This document shows, piece by piece, positions 21,481 through 34,060 of a stretch of DNA of 64,000 bases. Source of the stretch: Octopus sinensis (taxonomy: Eukaryota); contig NC_043003.1 in NCBI RefSeq assembly GCF_006345805.1, positions 38,130,001 through 38,194,000 of the forward strand, read 5' to 3'. The position numbers and the translations under genes were made by a program. The notes below the pieces were generated by a model. The model had not been told where the DNA came from and searched no databases. It was given only the letters and a program-made list of their open reading frames with translations. Each line of letters starts with the position of its first letter. The first letter of the stretch is position 1.

Positions 21481-22189
21481 AATTTACACACATACGTAGC
21501 TGTCAAACAACACTAATTCAGGCTCTGTATGTATGAGTATGTGAGATGTTAGCCTGTGTGTGTGTGTATACACACACACACATACACATATATACATGCA
21601 TGCTTGTGTTTGTGTGTGTGTGTGTAAATATATATATATATATATATATGCATGCTTGTGTGTGTGTGTGTGTGTGTGTATATATACACACATACAGAGA
21701 CAAGCATGCATGTGTAGTTGTAAAGGAAATTGAATGATCCTATATAGTTATATATTTATAACTGAGTGAATACATATTTGTTTTTGTGTATATATATTAG
21801 AAGGCAATGTCTACATATACAATGTAAAAAGATACATATACGATATAAAAACAAATGTGTATTCATATACAGGAGTGAAAAGGTTAGACAAACAAAAGTA
21901 GGCATGTTGAGTGTATTTACATGGAATGAAAAATAAACAAAAGGAATGATGTAATAGTTTTAACTTTACAGCTGTTTCAGATTATACATTGTTGCCAGAA
22001 CCATGTATATTATATACAGAGAGAAAATTGCTCATAAATATAATAAAGCAAGAGAATCTTATCAAAGAGTAGACAATGTTAATAGATACTGAATGGTAAA
22101 AGTAGTTGAGATATTGTCAGGGATAACAGGATTTTGCCTCATGGATCTATAAAAATTAATTTTATTCCCTACATCTGTGATATTGGACT

Positions 22190-23000
22190 TTCCAATCATG
22201 GTTCATCTGAAACAGCTGTAATTAGTAGTGAGAGAGTATGTACCAAATGTATAATGGCTAGAATAACAATAGGATGGAGGAAATTCAGGGAGCTTTTACC
22301 ACTGTTGGCAACCAAAGGTTTCTTTCTCTGAGTGAAAGGAAGATTGTTTGATACATGTATACAAATAGCAATTCTACATGGTAATGAGATATAGACCCTG
22401 AATGCAGAAGACATATGAAGGCTAGAGAGGAACGAAGTTAGCATACACTACTGGATATGTAATGTAAATATACATGTTTGGACAGATTGTTAGTGTATTG
22501 AGAGAGAAGTTAGGCATAAGAGGGATTAGATGCAGTGTGCAAGAGAGAAATCTGCACTGGTTTGGTTATGTGATGTGGATGGATGCCAACAGCTTCATGA
22601 AGACATGCTGATCTCTCAAAGCAGATGGAGCATGTGGAAGAGGGAGACCAAGAAAGATATGGTATGAAGTACTGAAGGACCACCTCAGGACACTGGACCT
22701 TTCTGATGAGATGACAAAGACCAAGATGTATGAACCTTACTGTGCTCAAAAAGGTTACTCTCCCTGGTGAAGAGGATTGGCCTGTAAGTGTTCTGTGCTG
22801 GTGCCACATAAAAGCACTTGTGCAGTGCCACGGTAAAAGTGCCCAGCGCATGCTGTAAAGTGGTTGGAGTTAAGAAGGGCATCCAACTGTTGAAACCATG
22901 CCAAATCAGACTGGAGCCTGGTGCAGCTCTCTGGCTTGACAGCTCTGGTCAAACTGTCCAACCCATGCCAGCATATAAAATGGACTTTAATGATGTGACT
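22190..23000 (+). mobile_element. Degraded RTE RT C-terminus plus 3' tail
   Basis: ARITIGWRKFRELLPLLATKG; LHWFGYVMWMD; GRGRPRKIWYEV; tail ggactttaatgatg. Confidence 0.85.
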
Positions 23001-23029
23001 GATTCCATTTACTTGAACCTGCTATAACA

Positions 23030-23485
23030 ATCTGTTATGTTGAGCATTCAAGAGGACCTCAAAAATGTGGAGTTTTATTTCCAGCAAGATGGGGCACCAC
23101 AACACTACTATTGTAATTGCTAAAGAGGAAGATTGGATGAAGTGGTTCAGTTGAATACCTTGTTCATTCATGAGGCCACACCACTAGACATTATTTTATA
23201 GGGATACTTATAAGATAATGTTTATGCTACAAAATTGGCTGCAGTTGAATTGAGGGCATCCATTGAACAAGAATGCACACAAATACCCAGCAAAATGTTT
23301 TTTGATGTTTATGATTCATTGCTTCACATTATCAGCAATGCATGGTAATCAGTTTGAAAACAAGTGTTCATAAAAGAATTAGTTTGTTGATTCCATTAAA
23401 TTTTGAAAATGAAATGTATTTTAATAAACACTGACCTTATAATCATTCAAGGAAGTTGTGTATACATCTCTTTGGATATCCTATA
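23030..23485 (+). mobile_element. Tc1/mariner relic (C-terminal catalytic region and degenerate TIR)
   Basis: FQQDGAPQHY motif, TPLD..GYL.DNVY-like segment; end resembles an inverted CAGGGTGTCC TIR. Confidence 0.65.
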
Positions 23486-23544
23486 CACACACACGTGTGT
23501 GTGTTATATATAGTTATATATGAGTGCATGTATATATGTATGCA

Positions 23545-24232
23545 TCATCATCATCATCGTTTAACGTCTGTTTTCCATGCTAGCATGGGTTGAACGGTTC
23601 AAACAGTTGAAGGCTCCAGTCTGATCTGGTAGTGTTTCTACGGCTGGATGCTCTTCCTAACGCCAACCACTCCATGACTGTAGTGGGTGCGTTTTATGTG
23701 CCACCGGCATGGGGGCCAGAGGGAGCTGGCAACGGCCGGAATCGGTTGGTGCTTTTTATGTGCCACCAACATGGACGCCAGTCAAGGTGGTGCTGGCATC
23801 AGCCACGTTCGGATGGTTCCTTTTTACATGCTACCAGCATGGATATCATGACTACAATTTCCATTTGATTTATATTTTGATGTTGATGTACTTGACTCAG
23901 TAGGTCTCCTCAAGCACAGCAGGTTGTCCTACGATCCAAGGTAAGCACAGCAGGCTGTCCTGCGAGCCATGAACTCACTTCATTTGTCGGGTCTTCGTAG
24001 TCACAGCATATCTCCAGACGTCTCAGTCTTTCGTCATTGCCTCTGTGAGGCCCAACATTCGAAGGTCATGTTTGACCACCTCATCCTATTTTCTTCCTGG
24101 GTTTACCTCTATCCCAGATTCCTTCAACTGTTTGGGAGTGGCACTTCTTCACACATCTCTCCTCATCCATCCATAGTACATGACCATACCAGCGCAAACG
24201 TCTCTCTTGCACGCCACATCTGATGCTTCTTA
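23545..24232 (-). mobile_element. RTE 3' fragment (RT end plus 3' UTR)
   Basis: Minus translation RSIRCGVQERRLRWYGHVLWMDEERCVKKCH; catcatcatcatcgtttaacgtc tail. Confidence 0.85.
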
Positions 24233-25682
24233 TCTCCAATAAATAAAGAACAACATGAATGATGTATCAATTCACTACAGCTGTTTCCAATGAAATTTTA
24301 ATTGATTATTGGAGACATTACATCATTAGAAAAAAACCATTTTCGTCAGGTGAATACATGAACCACAACATTCAGAAGCCAATGGCATGTGCACTTTCAT
24401 GATTCTTTGGCCATTACTGGTCTGATCTATTATTATGACTATTATTATTATCATTACCATCGTCATCATTATTATTATTATCATACACACACATACATAC
24501 ATGCACAATGTGTATCACATAAGTGTACTAATAATCTTATACGCATTTACTTGTGAGTATGGTATATGTAAAAACTATGTGCATTCATGTACACAAACAC
24601 CAAATTTGAATGCGTCTCCAATGTCTTGATGATTGCATGACTACAAAGTTAACAATTTGTGTGTGAATGTGTCAGAGATATTCCTGTGTATGTGTAACCA
24701 CACAATGAACAAAACGTTTCTATGAATGTATTCAAGAAAGACGTTTTAGCGTATATGTGATTACAAATTGAACAACACACTTTTGTGTATGTATAGTTGT
24801 ATGTATTTATCAATATGTCTGTGTGTGTGTGTGTATATATATATGTGTGTGTGTGTATGCATGAATAATGTTTTAGTGTATGTCTGACTACAAAAGCTAC
24901 CATAAATGAAACAGCAAAAATAATGATTAGATAAAATCTCAGTTAAGAAAACAATGTAAAGATGTTATGTCACAGAAATGCAGTGAAGCAAATAGGCTAT
25001 ACTTGTAGGTCGTACAGAGAAGATATTATATCTGAATGGTGGTAGTGTTGTTTTTTTTTTTTTTATATATTTTAAAAGTATTTTTGTTGGTTTTGTCTAT
25101 GTTCTTGCTAGAGGTGGTGGTGGTGGCAGTGGTGGTTATGTTGTCATTGTTGTTGTTATTGGTGTCTTCATGGTAGTTAGAAGAGTAGGTAGGACTGTGA
25201 GAGTAATATCTTAGAACAATCAGCCTACTGAAATAACCTGAATCACTACGTCTACTAATATATATATATATATATATATCATATAATATAATGTAATATT
25301 TAGCTACCTGTGTTATGGTTATCTTGTCTGGTAGCATGTTGGATTAAATTCAGCTGTTGGATATCTCCTTTACATTGTATTGTTATCAACAGAGGAATAA
25401 CTGAAGGAATATATATATATATGTATTTATCCTCTCAAACATACAGATAAATACATCCACGAGTGCACACATATAGATTGATAGATATATATATACTTAC
25501 ACACAGACACAAGCTCACACACGCAGACACACATTTACATATCTGTGTCTGTGACTGTGTGTGTGTGTATGTATGAGTTTATGTTTCTACCATGTGTAAG
25601 CATCTAGATATGTAGAACTGAAATTTCAAGTCTAGAGAATAGAGTAAAAAAAAAAAAAAATACTCCAAAAACAAGTTGATAG

Positions 25683-25721
<39 letters not shown>

Positions 25722-25758
25722 CATAATGGCGAGTAATGGTGTCCACATATTTACATAC

Positions 25759-25897
25759 TTTAATTTAGTTCTCAAACCTTCAACCTCAATCAATGGATTT
25801 TTTTCTTCAACTACTGTTACACTACTACAGCTACTGTGAAGATGGACTTCTCTACCATCAAATTTATGTAAGTTTGTCTTGCCATTTTGTTTGTCTT
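25759..25897 (-). other. Candidate exon (possibly 5' UTR) of a minus-strand gene
   Basis: Acceptor gttgttttttaaAG|, donor AAA|GTATGT; upstream donor GAG|GTATGC at 26051/26050. Open frame EDKQNG...LIEVEGLRTKL lacks an ATG. Splice signals only. Confidence 0.25.
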
Positions 25898-26334
25898 CTT
25901 TAAAAAACAACAACACTATATAGAAATGAATATTTATGCGTCTTTGTGAATTATGTATGTATTTGTGCCTGTTATTATATGTGGTGCTTTTATTGCCTGT
26001 TTTTCTTTGTGTGTGTGTTTGATTATTAATATGTATGTATTTATGCATACCTCTGTGTGTGTGTGTGTTTCTTGTTTACTGGCTTTTGTATGTGTGTTTA
26101 TCTCTGTGTATATTGTTAAATATTTCCTGGTTCTTTAAGTGCATATATGTCTGTTGTTATATATATGTATATATATAGTGTCCTGTACCCATATATGTAC
26201 ATACCTACATCTATATGTATATATATATACATATATGTATATATATATGCATATGTTTATATATCATTTTGTTATTATATATATATATATATATTTATGT
26301 ATATATATATATATGTGTGTGTATATGCATATAT

Positions 26335-26732
26335 ATCTTTTACTTGTTTCAGTCATTTGACTGTGGCCATGCTGGAGCACCGCCTTTAGTCAAGCAAATC
26401 GACCCCGGGACTTACTCTTTGTAAGCCCAGTACTTATTCTATCGGTCTCTTTTGCTGAACCGCTAAGTTACGGGGACGTAAACACACCAGCATCGGTTGT
26501 CAAGCAATGCTAGGGGGACAAACACAGACACGCAAACACACACATACATATATATATATACATATATACGACAGGCTTCTTTCAGTTTCCATCTACCAAA
26601 TCCACTCACAAGGCATTGGTCGGCCCGGGGCTATAGCAGAAGACATTTGCCAAAGATGCCACGCAGTGGGACTGAACACGGAACCATGTGGCTGGTTAGC
26701 AAGCTACTTACCACACAGCCACTCCTGCGCCT
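26335..26732 (-). mobile_element. Young tRNA-derived SINE, full length
   Basis: Minus head aggcgcaggagtggctgtgtggtaagtagcttgct...ggttccgtgttcagtccc with A/B-box-like motifs; very similar to 61377-61786. Confidence 0.92.
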
Positions 26733-27187
26733 ATATATATGTATATATATATATCCTGTGTATATATATATATATATATATGTATATATGCATATATATG
26801 TTTGTATATATGTATGTATACAGGGTGTCCACAAAGTCTGGATACATGGAGTAAATAAATCATAACATAAAGAATTGAATATAAGAAATAATAATTCTTA
26901 AAATATGTGTTAATCTCATGTACCCAGACTTTGTGGACACCCTGTATATGTAGATATATGTATATATATATGTGTGTGTGTATATATATAAATATGTATA
27001 CACACACACACATGTATACATGCTCACACATGCATGAGGACATGGTCGGCCCGGGGCTATAGCAGAAGACATTGCCAAAGATGCCACGCAGTGGGACTGA
27101 ACACGGAACCATGTGGCTGGTTAGCAAGCTACTTACCACACAGCCACTCCTGCGCCTATATATATGTATATATATATATATCCTGTG

Positions 27188-27218
<31 letters not shown>

Positions 27219-27908
27219 GCATATATATGTTTGTATATATGTATGTATACAGGGTGTCCACAAAGTCTGGATACATGGAGTAAATAAATCATAACATAAA
27301 GAATTGAATATAAGAAATAATAATTTCTTAAAATATGTGTTAATCTCCATGTACCCAGACTTTGTGGACACCCTGTATATGTAGATATATGTATATATAT
27401 ATGTGTGTGTGTGTATATATATAAATATGTATACACACACACACACATGTATACATGCTCACACATGCATGAGGACATGGTCGGCCCGGGGCTATAGCAG
27501 AAGACATTTGCCAAAGATGCCACGCAGTGGGACTGAACACGGAACCATGTGGCTGGTTAGCAAGCTACTTACCACACAGCACTCCTGCGCCTATATATGA
27601 TATATATATATATCCTGTGTATATATATATATATATATATGTATATATGCATATATATGTTTGTATATATGTATGTATACAGGGTGTCCACAAAGTCTGG
27701 ATACATGGAGTAAATAAATCATAACATAAAGAATTGAATATAAGAAATAATAATTTCTTAAAATATGTGTTAATCTCCATGTACCCAGACTTTGTGGACA
27801 CCCTGTATATGTAGATATATGTATATATATATGTGTGTGTGTGTATATATATAAATATGTACACACACACACACACATGTATACATGCTCACACATGCAT
27901 GAGGACAT
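26618..27908. repeat. Three tandem copies of a ~430-bp unit (SINE head + microsatellites + MITE)
   Basis: Units start at 26618, 27044 and 27479 (ggtcggcccggggctatagcag); lengths 426, 435, 430 bp. Confidence 0.95.
26821..26944. mobile_element. Tc1/mariner-type MITE, ~125 bp (copies also at 27250-27375 and 27680-27805)
   Basis: TA|cagggtgtccacaaagtctggatacatggag ... ctccatgtacccagactttgtggacaccctg|TA; ~30-bp TIR, TA TSD. Confidence 0.92.
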
Positions 27909-27959
27909 ACACATGCACACACACACACACACGCACACACATACACAAGTATTATATAT

Positions 27960-28460
27960 GTCCATTGCATATATGTGGTTGTGTGATAAGAAGTTTGCAC
28001 CGCAACCACATGGCCCTGGGTACAGTTCCACTGTGTGTCCTTAGGCAAGCATCTACAACCATAGCTTCAGACCAACCAAAGCTTTGTGAGTGGATTTAGG
28101 AAGTGGAAACTAAAAGAAGCCAAGCCCATCTTATGAATATATAGGAGTGGCTGTGTGGTAAGTAGCTTGCTTACCAACCACATGGTTCTGGGTTCAGTCC
28201 CACTGTATGGCACCTTGGGCAAGTGTCTTCTACTATAGCCTCGGGCCAACCAAAGCCTTGTGAGTGGATTTGGTAGACAGAAACTGAAAGAAGCCTGGCA
28301 TATATATGTATATATATATATCTGTATGTGTATATGTTTGTGTGTCTGTGTTTGTCCCCCCAACATTGCTTGATAACTGATGCTGGTGTGTTTATGTCCC
28401 CATAACTTAGCAGTTCGGCAAAAGAGACCGATAGAATAAGTACTGGGCTTACAAAGAGTA
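27960..28460 (+). mobile_element. Two tRNA-derived SINE copies (one degraded, one 28143-28460)
   Basis: ggagtggctgtgtggtaagtagcttgcttaccaaccacatggttctgggttcagtcccactg head. Confidence 0.85.
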
Positions 28461-28568
28461 AGTACATTTAAATTTAAAGCAGACATATAAAAAAAACAAA
28501 CAAAAAAAACACAGTTCAGTTCCTTAAAATGTATAACCCTACAAAAAGTCAATAAAATTAATATTGAT

Positions 28569-28627
<59 letters not shown>

Positions 28628-28681
28628 CAACCATGATTGTACCATGTACAGCAAGTGGACATCTACATATCAATATATATA

Positions 28682-29110
28682 TCTCTTATTATAAAAGGCA
28701 GATTTTATCTGTCTCCCTTTGGGAGTTATACAAATCTACAATATAGGATTTCTTCAATTACAATTTACCTAGCATTTTTGAGAGTACAATGCATCGCGTC
28801 ATGCCAGGTCCAGTTTTTAAAATTTAAACTCCAATTAAGCAAAATTTACAGAAAACTCACATTCTGGTGTGTGTGTCAGATGCTTTTCTTAGTCTGGTTT
28901 ACACCACACGCAAACGCACACACACAGTGTGCGACGAATAAAATGAAAGTAAATGTAATATGTGTTTCTGTCTATCACGCTGATAGATACATGAGTAAAA
29001 TGTATGGGAAGCTAACAGATAACAGTGAGTGAAAATGTTCTTGGAAGAGAGTAAATTAGCGACAGAGTGATTTGAGCAAGACTAAACTGAAAGTATGAAA
29101 CAGTGTTTAT
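28682..29110 (+). mobile_element. Helitron-type element 5' part (type B); second copy at 29862-30310
   Basis: A|TCtcttattataaaaggcagattttatctg start; ~430 bp shared between the two copies. Confidence 0.75.
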
Positions 29111-29463
29111 GTATAAACAGACGACACTTATATAAACCCTTTCGTTACCAAACCGCCCGAATTTACCTATTCATATTTAAATGAGAATATCAGTGTAAAT
29201 CTCTTTAGTACATTCGTGAAAACACGTATTATACTTCGTAAACACTTCAAATACAGTTTTGTACAAAAATCGAAGTGTAATTTTAATTCCGTGAATTATG
29301 GGAGATTTTTTTCCGAAATTTGTTCCTATTGTGTTTTCAAAATTTGTAATTCTGACAAAAAATGGATACGAATTTCATTATATCAAGCAGCGAGTCAGAA
29401 TTCGAAGGATTTTCTACTGAAGACCTTCATAAATCTAACTCTATGACTGAAAAAAAATAAGCA

Positions 29464-29861
29464 TCTTTATATAAGAGTGAAGTTGTGTGTCTGTCCCCTT
29501 CGATTTAGATTCGTAACTACTCCCACATTTTGCCGTGCAGTTTAACCAAAAGCGGGTATCTTATAGTCGTGATTCATATCGAGCCCTTCTGGGTATTAGC
29601 GCGCGTCTACGATGAGTCTACGATTTAAAAAAAATTTACCATCATATTTTTCCATTTGAATGCATTTTTTTCGCTTTTATATAAGGGAAGTAACTCTCTA
29701 AAAATATCTACGATGTGTCAACGATTTAAAAAAAAAAATTTACCTTAATTTATTTTCAATTTTTAATGCATTTTTTTGCTATTTTTTGGCTATAACTCTC
29801 TAAAAATGCTTATATAGTTATTTCCCTTACAAACCCGAGCAACGCCGGGCGATACTGCTAG
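29464..29861 (+). mobile_element. Non-autonomous Helitron, directly followed by a type-B 5' end
   Basis: A|TCtttatataagagtgaagttgtgtgtctgtcccc ... cccgagcaacgccgggcgatactgCTAG|TCtcttatt. Confidence 0.9.
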
Positions 29862-30779
29862 TCTCTTATTATAAAAGGCAGATTTTATCTGCCTCCCTTT
29901 GTATCTTATAGAAATCTACAATATAGGATTTCTTCAATTACAATTTACCTAGCATTTTTAAGAATAGAATGCATCGGGTCATGCCAGGTCCAGTTTTTAA
30001 AATTTAAACTCCAATTAAGCAAAATTTACAGAAAACTCACATTCTGGTGTGTATGTCAAATGCTTTTCTTAGTCTGGTTTACAGCACACGCAAACGCACA
30101 CATACAGTGTGCTACGAATAAAGTGAAAGTAATTCAGTTTGTTGACAGGTAGACAATAGAATGCGGTGACGATGGCGATGTAATATTTGTTTCTGTCTAT
30201 GACGCTGATAGATACATGAGTAAAATATATGGGAAGCTAAGACATAAGAGTGAGTGAAAATGTTCTTGGAAGAGAGTAAATAGCGAGAGAGAGTGATTTG
30301 AGGAAGACTTTACATTAAATAACCGTAGTGGCTTGTGTTAGTAATAAAGTAAACATACACTCATACATACATACATACATACATACATACATACATACAT
30401 ACATGCACACACATACATACATACACACACACATACATACATACACACATACATACATACATACATATACATACATACATACATATACATACATACACAC
30501 ACACACATACACACACACACAGTATTGAAGCTTGAGAACAATCAGATACATTTGCAACACATCTGTTGAAAATATTATTGTTCACACACATACATATACA
30601 TATATACATACAGACAGACAGACAGATAGACACACACACACATGATCCAGCATGGCCACAACCTCAAGGCTGAAACATATAAAAGAATAACAGAATATAA
30701 ATGTGTGCATGTGTGTGAGAGAGAGAGAGAGAGAGAGTGTGTGTGTATATGTATGTATGTATATATGTATGTATATATA

Positions 30780-31385
30780 TATAATAATGCAGTTTTTTCA
30801 ACAGCTTGAACTAAAAGTCAGAGGGGAATGGGATAAACTACTTATATTAACTTGCTATAAAAGCAGGTAGTAATTTTATCTTGTCCTTATTCATAGTGCA
30901 AGTTTTGAAGAGTGCATTTCGATTTTAACAGCTATTTTTTTCAAAGCTATGTTGGAAGTAACAAAGGAGCATATTTGGCATATTTTGCTTTATGAGTTCA
31001 ATAAAGACAACAACGCAACGGAAAGTACAAGAAATATTAATGCAGTATATGGGGATTGGACAATAAGCGTAAGGCAGTGTCAATGGTGGTTCCAGAAATT
31101 CCGAGCCATAAACTACAACCTAGAAGACGAGCCTCATCCTGAAAGATCTGTAGAACTCGACAAGGACATCCTGAAAACCCTGGTGGAACAAAATCTCATC
31201 GTAACTGTTGAGGAACTAGCAGAGAAGCTTGGATTTGGTCATTCAACCATTCATTGAGACCTGTGTGCTATCGGAAAAGTCAGCAAATTGGGTCAATGGG
31301 TTCCTCACGAACTTTCCGAGTCTAATTGCATGCAGAGAGTGAATGTATGCTTTTCTTTGCTGTCACATCTCACCACTACTGCGCT
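30780..31385 (+). mobile_element. Mariner transposon 5' half, truncated by Helitron insertion
   Basis: HIWHILLYEFNKDNNATESTRNINAVYG...WFQKFR...LEDEPHPERS...TVEELAEKLG...KVSKLGQWVPHEL (HTH domains, WVPHEL linker). Confidence 0.9.
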
Positions 31386-31392
31386 ATGTATA

Positions 31393-32382
31393 TCTATATA
31401 TATAAAACTGTAGTTGTGTGAGTGTCTGTCCCCTTCGATTTAGATTCCTAACTACTCCCACATTTTGCGGTACAGTTTAACCAAATTCGGGTAGCTTATA
31501 GTCGTGATTCATATCAAGCCCGTCTGAGTATTAGCGCGCGTCTACGATTTTAAAAATAATTTAACATAATTTTTTATTCCATTTTAATGCATAATTTTTC
31601 GTGTGTCGATGGCGGCGGAGTTGGCGTCCACGCTCACACCTGCACCTGTGGGGAAGGGAGTGTAAGGAAATCAACGTCGTAATGCGTTGTCAAGGAGACC
31701 AGCGTTCTTTTAGAACAACGACTTCATGGCTTGAAGACACCAAAACAGAAATGGCTAAGAAAGCGTCTACATGAGTCTACGATTTAAAAAAAAATTTACC
31801 ATCGTTTTTTTTCCATTTTAATGCATTTTTTCGCTATTATATAAGGGAAGTAACTCTCTAAAAATGTCTACGATGAGTCAACGATTTTTCAAAAAATTTA
31901 CCATCATATTTTTTCCATTTTTAATGCATTTTTTGCTAGTTTTTGGCTATAACTCTCTAAAAATGCTTATATAGTTATTTCCCTTACAAACCCGAGCAAC
32001 GCCGGGCGATACTGCTAGTATATATATAAAGCTGAAGTTGTTATGTATGGCAGGTTTGGTAGCCTTCAACTAACACTATCTCTTCCGAGACCCTGCGGCA
32101 CAAGTTGACCACAATTGAGAGTACGATAGAAGAAAGCTTGCTCTTCCTTCCGTAGAAGAAAAAGTTCAAATCGGACCATGTTAACACCAAAAATTATTTA
32201 CATCAAAAAGGTGCTTTTTTTTCTATGAAAATCCCTATTTTTTACGATTATTTGACTGCTGTGTTGCCATTTTTCGGTGTATTTCAACCAGAAAAATGTT
32301 CACTTAAAGAGAATAAACTTTTTCAAAAATCCAATTCTAAAGGGTCGAAACAAACCCGAGCAACGCCGGGCGATACTGCTAG
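31393..32382 (+). mobile_element. Two head-to-tail non-autonomous Helitrons (31393-32018 and 32019-32382)
   Basis: A|TCtatatatataaaactgtag start; two hairpin+CTAG ends at 32018 and 32382. Confidence 0.9.
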
Positions 32383-32899
32383 TATATATATATATCGTTA
32401 GTAATTCATATATCCGAAAAAGAAACACTCTAAAACATTAGAGCGGTAATATATTTTTTAGGAAGTTGGTTGTTATGCCTAGCCAGAGAGTGACCATAAC
32501 GATCAACTTCCTAATATATATATACACACGCATATATATGCACTTTATGTATGTATGTATGTATGTATGTATGTATGTATGTATGTATGTATGTATGTAT
32601 GAGAGAAAGAGAGCTAGATAGTCAGACATTCATATATATGTATGTATGCGTGGCACGTGCATTGAATAAGTAGGTAAGTAGGTGGCATTATCATCAATAA
32701 AATTGTCAGCAAACGGCTGTATCTCTGTGAGGCAACACGATTTCTCACGCTTACTTAAAGCATTAGGAAAGCATTCAGATTTCAATACCCGCTTCTTAAT
32801 CATATACTTTCATTAGAAAAAGAAGACAACTTTGTTAAACAAAAGATTCCTTTTTTTCTAGTTTAGTTTTCTGGATCAAGCTATATAAACACCAGAAGG

Positions 32900-34060
32900 G
32901 TATTTATATCTCTCAAATGCAGTATAGTTGCCGGGGAGGATGAAATTCAGCCCGAGATATTAAAAACTATAAATAGAGAAGTTATCCCCTGGCTAACTGG
33001 TGTATGCCAAGAGATCTGGATCTCTAGAAAGGCACCAAAGCAATGGTAATCAGAGACGGCAATGCAATTTTATTTTAAGAGGAGACAAAAGATGAACCTT
33101 TAAGCTTTGAGAAAAGCATTAGACTACTTAGTGGCAGGTCAACCAGGTAAAACAAATTTGACCTGGTGTATTCTATGTTAGGTGTCTTGAAAAATAGCTG
33201 GAGAGATATTGTCAAGCCCAAAGTGATGTCGGAACATTGTCGATCTCAAGCTAGTGCGGCATTCATCCTCGATGCTGCAGAGCTGGCCAGATCTTTACTC
33301 TATAGCAAGTCTCCGAAAGGTCATGGGAGTATTGTCAAGAGATGTACGCTTGCATTGTTGACCTTTTACAAAAATCTTCCCGCAATACAAATTTGTGCTC
33401 ATATTCTGAAATACCTCCGGGTACTAAAGTTTGGCGACGAGCCTGCTGCAGGACATGCTGTGGAGGTGTTTTTTTCCTTTTTTTTTGCATAAGTTTGCAG
33501 TCGACTGGCAACTTCTCATTACCATGAACTCCCTGTACAAATGTCCTAATGTTTTTTGATCGATTAAATTGTGCTAAGTTGAAACCTTTTAATGTAGGCG
33601 TTGGACTCAGTCAGGCGTGTATATTGTCGCTTCTCCATTTCACAAACTTTGTAAGCTGGATTGACGTGAGCAGCCGTGGTGGAAGTGATATAAAAATGGC
33701 AGATGTACAATTAATCGGCTATTTGCAGATGACATGGTACTAATGATGATGTTCTGCAGCACTCACTAAATAAGTTTGCTGTCGAGTGTTGTAAAGCAAG
33801 AACGAAAATCAGTTTTGCGAAGCCATTGATCATCTCGAGGACGCTTGCTCCGCATGCTTTGTATTTTAGTGGCGTCACACTGATGCAGGAGAAGTTTAAG
33901 TGTACCGGTATTGTTTTTTCGAGTGATGGAAGACAGGAGGTTGAATTGGATGCAAGAATTGCTAGTGCTAGTGCAATTATACACCAGTTTCAGCCCTAGT
34001 TAATAAGGGAGGTAAGCTGAAACAGCAAAACTCGCTATTTTTAATTCTGCTTTTGTGCCT
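32900..34060 (+). mobile_element. Degraded RTE reverse transcriptase
   Basis: AGEDEIQPEILK, NVGVGLSQACILS, LFADDMVL, GIVFSSDGRQEVELDARIA motifs across frameshifts. Confidence 0.85.
33099..33149 (-). pseudogene. Degraded copy of the first ~47 nt of 18S rRNA inside the RTE relic
   Basis: Minus strand tacctggttgacctgccactaagtagtctaatgcttttctcaaagcttaa versus canonical TACCTGGTTGATCCTGCCAGTAGTCATATGCTTGTCTCAAAGATTAA. Confidence 0.8.

Noticed and set aside
25012-25024. tacagagaagat resembling the U6 ACAGAGA box
   Set aside because: Only 12 nt match with no flanking U6 sequence; expected by chance.
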